DNA of 11,632 nucleotides from Desulfurococcaceae archaeon (GTDB lineage: Archaea > Thermoproteota > Thermoprotei_A > Sulfolobales > Desulfurococcaceae). The notes beneath the pieces are model-generated. The model saw nothing but the letters and a program-made list of their open reading frames with translations. It did no database searches and was not told the DNA's origin. Location: the NCBI GenBank assembly GCA_038888155.1, contig JAWAJB010000033.1, positions 1 to 11,632 on the forward strand, given 5' to 3'. This document shows, in pieces, positions 8,445 to 11,632 of the stretch. The translations under genes were made by a program, and so were the position numbers. Numbering within the stretch: position 1 is the stretch's first letter; the number at the start of each line of letters is the position of its first letter.

Positions 8445-10280
8445 TTGTATATCGGTTGTGTGCTTCTAGACTCGCTCCCGGATATGGTTGTAGCGAAAGC
8501 TGTTGAGTTGTCTTCCCGTGAAAAAGCAAGGCGCTTACCGATCCATATGGTCCACAGGTGGTGGTCACGTCGGTTTGCGGCTGTCTACAGGATGCTCCTC
8601 GCAGCCTATCTTTACGACGATGCTGAAACGATCCTTCGCGCTATCGAAGAACCCTGGACGATGCGTTCTAAGGCGAGGGGAAGGGTCTTCTTTGAGCCGA
8701 TGATGGGTGGAGGCACGGGCCTAGCGGAGGCTGTGCTCGCCGGCTGGGATGCTTACGGAGTAGACGTGAATCCCGTCGCTGTCCTCGCGGCGAGAGCGAG
8801 CTTATTCATCGCCGCCAAGGGTCTGCCCAGCGACTTCGAGAGGACGGTTACAGAGATCCTCGATGCAGCTTTCTCTAGCGTAAGGGAGCTGTGGAGTTAT
8901 AACGGCGGCATCGTCTGCCACATCTTCGTCTCTCGGGGTAAAGCTCCTACATGGCTGTCCTTTAACAGGGGGAGGCTCGTCCTGTTATGCCCCAACTGCT
9001 ACACGATCTTCGAGAACGATAGCAGTCCCACCTCCTGCCCCTCGTGCGGTGATAGGGTGGAAGCCTCCATGGAGCCCGTTATCGATCTGCCACCGGGTTT
9101 ACCGGAGGAAGCGCCGAACTGGAGGGCTTTCGCCATCGAATTGAGGGTATTGAGTAACGAGCGTTGGAAGAAGAGCTACGTCAGCGCCGTAAAGGACCCA
9201 CAGCTCTGCAGATGGCTCTCAATTACAGCCGCGGTAGCCCGCGAGAAAGCGGTCACAGCAGTGGAGGCCATTAAGGAAGTTTTGGAAGTAGAGGAGCACG
9301 ACCGTCTCTGGCGCGCGGGGATTAACTACTCGTATGAGCTGTTTACCCCGAGGCAGTTAGTCAGCTTTCAAGCCTACGCGAGAGCTGCGCGAAGGTTCGA
9401 GAGGATAAACCCAGCGTTGCTCGCCGCGGCAGCGAGCGAAGCCGCAAAGAGCTGCTGTCTGCTCGCCAAGTGGTACCCTAAGCTGGGCGAGATTGTGCCG
9501 GCTGGAGGGGTGAAGGCACACTGGGTTCCCGAGTACACTGCAGCAGCAAACCCCTTGGCCCACGCTGGGCTAACCCCCCTCGCGAGAGGGGTTATCGCAT
9601 CTTCTCTTCGAGCGCAACTGCGTGCTAACCGGTATGTCCAGAAAGCAGGCGGCCCCAGCCGCGCGAAATGGGTTGCAGCCACAGGCGACGCGTGTGAAGC
9701 AGCCCTTCCTAGTTCCATAGACCTGGCGGTCTTAGACCCGCCGTACGGGAGAGTGAAAAGCTACGCTTCGCTGAGCGCACCCCACTTCTACGCCCTGAAA
9801 CTCTTTGAAGCAGCAGCGGGGCTCCAGCTTACAGACCATATAGCGCTCAAAGATGTCGAAGCCCGCGAAGCGACGCCGAGGACGAGCACCTTCCACCAGG
9901 TGATCGAGCGCATAGCCGAGAGAGTGGCCGTGCGCTTGAGGGAGAAAGGGCGAATCGTGCTCATGTATAACGCATTAGGCTTCGAAGAGTGGGTGAAAAT
10001 GCTTAGCGTTTTTAGAAACATGAACCTCCACCCCCAAGCTGTGTACTGGGTGCTCGGCGAACCCCCGAGTGGCATCACCACCTCAAGGCTTAAGGGGATG
10101 CACCTCATCGTCTTCGCTAAGAAGCCACAGGCACAAGTGCACATCGTCTACGATGAACCATTACACTCAGCGGAACGGATAGCAAATTTGAACGAAGAGC
10201 TAGAGGGGCATGCGAACAGAAACTTGATACGTGCGCTAAAGCAGATCTATTCTGTCGTGCCCGGATATGAGATCTATTAA
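8445..10280 (+). CDS. DUF1156-type amino (probably N6-adenine) DNA methyltransferase
   Basis: N-terminal REK..R.PI...HRWWSRR is the DUF1156-like signature. Motif I is FFEPMMGGGTG and motif II is GVDVNPVA, followed by a CPNC...CPSC Zn ribbon and catalytic DPPY (9735-9746). Motif I precedes motif IV with a long intervening region. Start could be TTG 8445 or GTG 8460. Confidence 0.88.
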   Translation: MYIGCVLLDSLPDMVVAKAVELSSREKARRLPIHMVHRWWSRRFAAVYRMLLAAYLYDDAETILRAIEEPWTMRSKARGRVFFEPMMGGGTGLAEAVLAGWDAYGVDVNPVAVLAARASLFIAAKGLPSDFERTVTEILDAAFSSVRELWSYNGGIVCHIFVSRGKAPTWLSFNRGRLVLLCPNCYTIFENDSSPTSCPSCGDRVEASMEPVIDLPPGLPEEAPNWRAFAIELRVLSNERWKKSYVSAVKDPQLCRWLSITAAVAREKAVTAVEAIKEVLEVEEHDRLWRAGINYSYELFTPRQLVSFQAYARAARRFERINPALLAAAASEAAKSCCLLAKWYPKLGEIVPAGGVKAHWVPEYTAAANPLAHAGLTPLARGVIASSLRAQLRANRYVQKAGGPSRAKWVAATGDACEAALPSSIDLAVLDPPYGRVKSYASLSAPHFYALKLFEAAAGLQLTDHIALKDVEAREATPRTSTFHQVIERIAERVAVRLREKGRIVLMYNALGFEEWVKMLSVFRNMNLHPQAVYWVLGEPPSGITTSRLKGMHLIVFAKKPQAQVHIVYDEPLHSAERIANLNEELEGHANRNLIRALKQIYSVVPGYEIY

Positions 10281-10642
10281 AGCAGTTCTTCGTAACGTAA
10301 GATAAATCAATAAGTAAAGCTTTACGCACGTGCAATCAAATCTATTTGTTAAAAAAGGTTTTACTAATTTCATGAACTATAGATATTCTCTAAAGTATCA
10401 TACTATAACATACTCCTAACTTTTATTCTAGAAAAGTAACATATCTTTTCTATATACATTTGTTTAAAATTTTATTAATTCAACATTTTGTTATAGAATC
10501 TTGCCAATTCAAGGATTCAGGAGCTGCAAGATGTTTCGCCTTACGATTAAGCTCCATTGATCGATACGCTCGATCCCATTGGTTAACTCGGCCGCGATAT
10601 TAACACTGCTCAAGGCACCCTAGGTATCCATACTAAATTTCG

Positions 10643-10648
10643 AGCAGC
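10643..10648 (+). repeat. Right copy of the 6-bp direct repeat AGCAGC at the island junction
   Basis: Matches 662-667 and coincides with the switch back to GC-rich DNA. Confidence 0.5.
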
Positions 10649-10677
10649 TGGAGAGGGTGGAGCTGTACCTGCTGTGA
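10645..10677 (+). pseudogene. Probable C-terminal tail of the interrupted aspartic protease
   Basis: CAG CTG GAG AGG GTG GAG CTG TAC CTG CTG TGA encodes QLERVELYLL*. It has host-like codons and resembles the ending I recall for AF_0612-type proteases (...DP.TG.LE...LYLL). Confidence 0.6.
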
Positions 10678-10811
10678 AGCAGGAGTCCGAGACCGCAGCT
10701 GGGGTGCGCTGCCGGCGGGGTTGACGAGCGGCGCGAGGAGCCACGCTCTTCGATCACTCTATGCTGGTAGCTGCTCGAGAGCCGGGCGCTGAGACGCTAC
10801 GCTACCTTCCT

Positions 10812-10831
10812 TGCACCTACCTCTAGGTGCA
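10812..10831. repeat. Perfect inverted repeat with 8-bp arms
   Basis: TGCACCTA-CCTC-TAGGTGCA, intergenic. Confidence 0.45.
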
Positions 10832-10905
10832 CCCGGGCTTTACCCATGCACCAGCCGGGAGCAGCCTCGGCGAGGGTGCTTTACAGGCTCTGAGGCTACG
10901 CTGGC

Positions 10906-10919
10906 GCGAAGTTTATTAA
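10906..10919 (+). promoter_or_regulatory. BRE + TATA box for the RHH gene
   Basis: GCGAAG-TTTATTAA ends 25 nt before ATG 10944, in otherwise GC-rich DNA. Confidence 0.7.
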
Positions 10920-10943
10920 CGGTGGTAAAAAGTATTACAGAGT

Positions 10944-11207
10944 ATGACCACTGTTAAGGTGAGTATAAGCCTCCCGGAGGATCTCTTGAAGAGGGTGGAC
11001 GCCCTCTGCAGGCAGCTGAAGATGTCGAGGAGCGAGTTCATAGCGAGGGCTCTGGAGGAGAAGCTGAGGGCGGGCGAGAAGGGCTCCAGGTACCCCACGG
11101 TTTTGTGGAAGCTGAGCACGACCGGCTACCTCAGGCTTAGGTCCCCGCGGCTCCGCGGCAGGTCGATCAGGGAGGGGTGGATCGTCGAGGAGGTTGAAGA
11201 GGGGTAA
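10944..11207 (+). CDS. Ribbon-helix-helix (CopG/MetJ/Arc family) DNA-binding protein
   Basis: MTTVKVSISLPEDLLKRVDALCRQLKMSRSEFIARALEEKL is a classic beta-strand plus two helices with SRSE. Confidence 0.9.
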   Translation: MTTVKVSISLPEDLLKRVDALCRQLKMSRSEFIARALEEKLRAGEKGSRYPTVLWKLSTTGYLRLRSPRLRGRSIREGWIVEEVEEG

Positions 11208-11632
11208 GGATCAGCTACCTCTACGCCGAGGACGGTTACACCGATCGCGGGGAGAAAATACCGGATGTTCCGGTCGTCTACCTCGCCGTTAGGGTGGGCA
11301 GGCGCCGGGCGCGCGGGCCAGCAATCATCGACACGGGCTTCGACGGCGGCATCTACGCTAATTTAGAGATCGCGAGGATGTTCGAGGGGGTTGAGCCGGT
11401 GGACAGGGTTCTCTTCGAGAACCCCCTCTACGGTGCCTCCGAGTTCGAAGTATACGTGGCGGAAGCCTCCCTCTACCACGGCGCCAGCCGCGTGGACCTC
11501 GGCAAGGTCAGGGTCTACATCCCCACCGAGCCGGAGCTCCTGACAGGAGAGGTACTGGTGGGCAGAGAGCTTCTGAACAGCAAGGTGAAGACGCTGACAC
11601 TCGACATGCTAGAGAGGAGAGTAATCCTCGAG
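11204..11632 (+). CDS. Clan AA (retropepsin-like) aspartic protease, runs off the 3' end; start codon anomalous
   Basis: Not in the ORF track. The frame reads VRISYLYAEDGY...PVVYLAVRVGRRRARGPAIIDTGFDGGI...EVLVGRELLNSKVKTLTLD..., with both the DTG and LVGR motifs. There is an in-frame TGA at 11195, and the first canonical start is GTG 11294. Confidence 0.8.

Larger units (their letters stand above)
668..10642. mobile_element. Horizontally acquired defence island (~10 kb) within a protease gene; no integrase or transposase seen
   Basis: Visible drop in GC relative to both flanks, protease fragments on both sides, a short junction repeat and defence-type cargo. The mechanism of arrival is unknown. 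Confidence 0.6.

Noticed and set aside
1674-10280. Assigning drmA/B/C, dpdJ/K, druE or BREX gene symbols
   Set aside because: Domain content is similar, but fusion pattern and partner genes match none of these canonical systems, and orthology cannot be shown without searches.
8503-10335. ORFs 8503..8703, 9357..9563, 9374..9718, 9788..10144 and 10117..10335
   Set aside because: Alternative-frame or antisense shadows of the methyltransferase.
10281-10642. Possible small gene or terminator in the AT-rich right end of the island
   Set aside because: Only a ~34-codon minus-strand frame (LSSVNIAAEL...) and short T-runs are present, which is not enough support.
10916-11119. 67-aa minus-strand ORF
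   Set aside because: Antisense to the RHH gene.
1-11632. CRISPR array, tRNA/rRNA, IS element or integrase
   Set aside because: I saw no regularly spaced repeats, cloverleaf, terminal inverted repeats or recombinase motifs on manual reading.

Overview
The window looks archaeal, judging by TATA/BRE-type promoters, GGTGA/GGAGG Shine-Dalgarno (SD) motifs and AGG-rich, GC-rich host genes reminiscent of Thermoproteota such as Thermofilum (inference). GC-rich flanks encode an MNT nucleotidyltransferase, two retropepsin-like (clan AA, DTG) aspartic protease genes and an RHH regulator. Between them sits a ~10 kb, mostly AT-richer island. The island appears to have split the left protease gene: the N-terminal part is at 409-663, the apparent C-terminal tail at ~10645-10677, and both junctions carry AGCAGC in the same codon phase. 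It holds a four-gene candidate defence system. On the minus strand are an unrecognised 486-aa protein, an SF2 DEAH helicase with a Zn-finger insert, and a 973-aa protein fusing a coiled coil, a DUF1998/MZB-like Zn domain and a single-HKD PLD nuclease. A DUF1156-type amino-DNA methyltransferase is transcribed divergently from them. The parts resemble DISARM DrmA/B/C and Dpd DpdJ/DpdK, but I do not recognise this combination as a described system. All family assignments come from motifs read by eye; no database searches were run.
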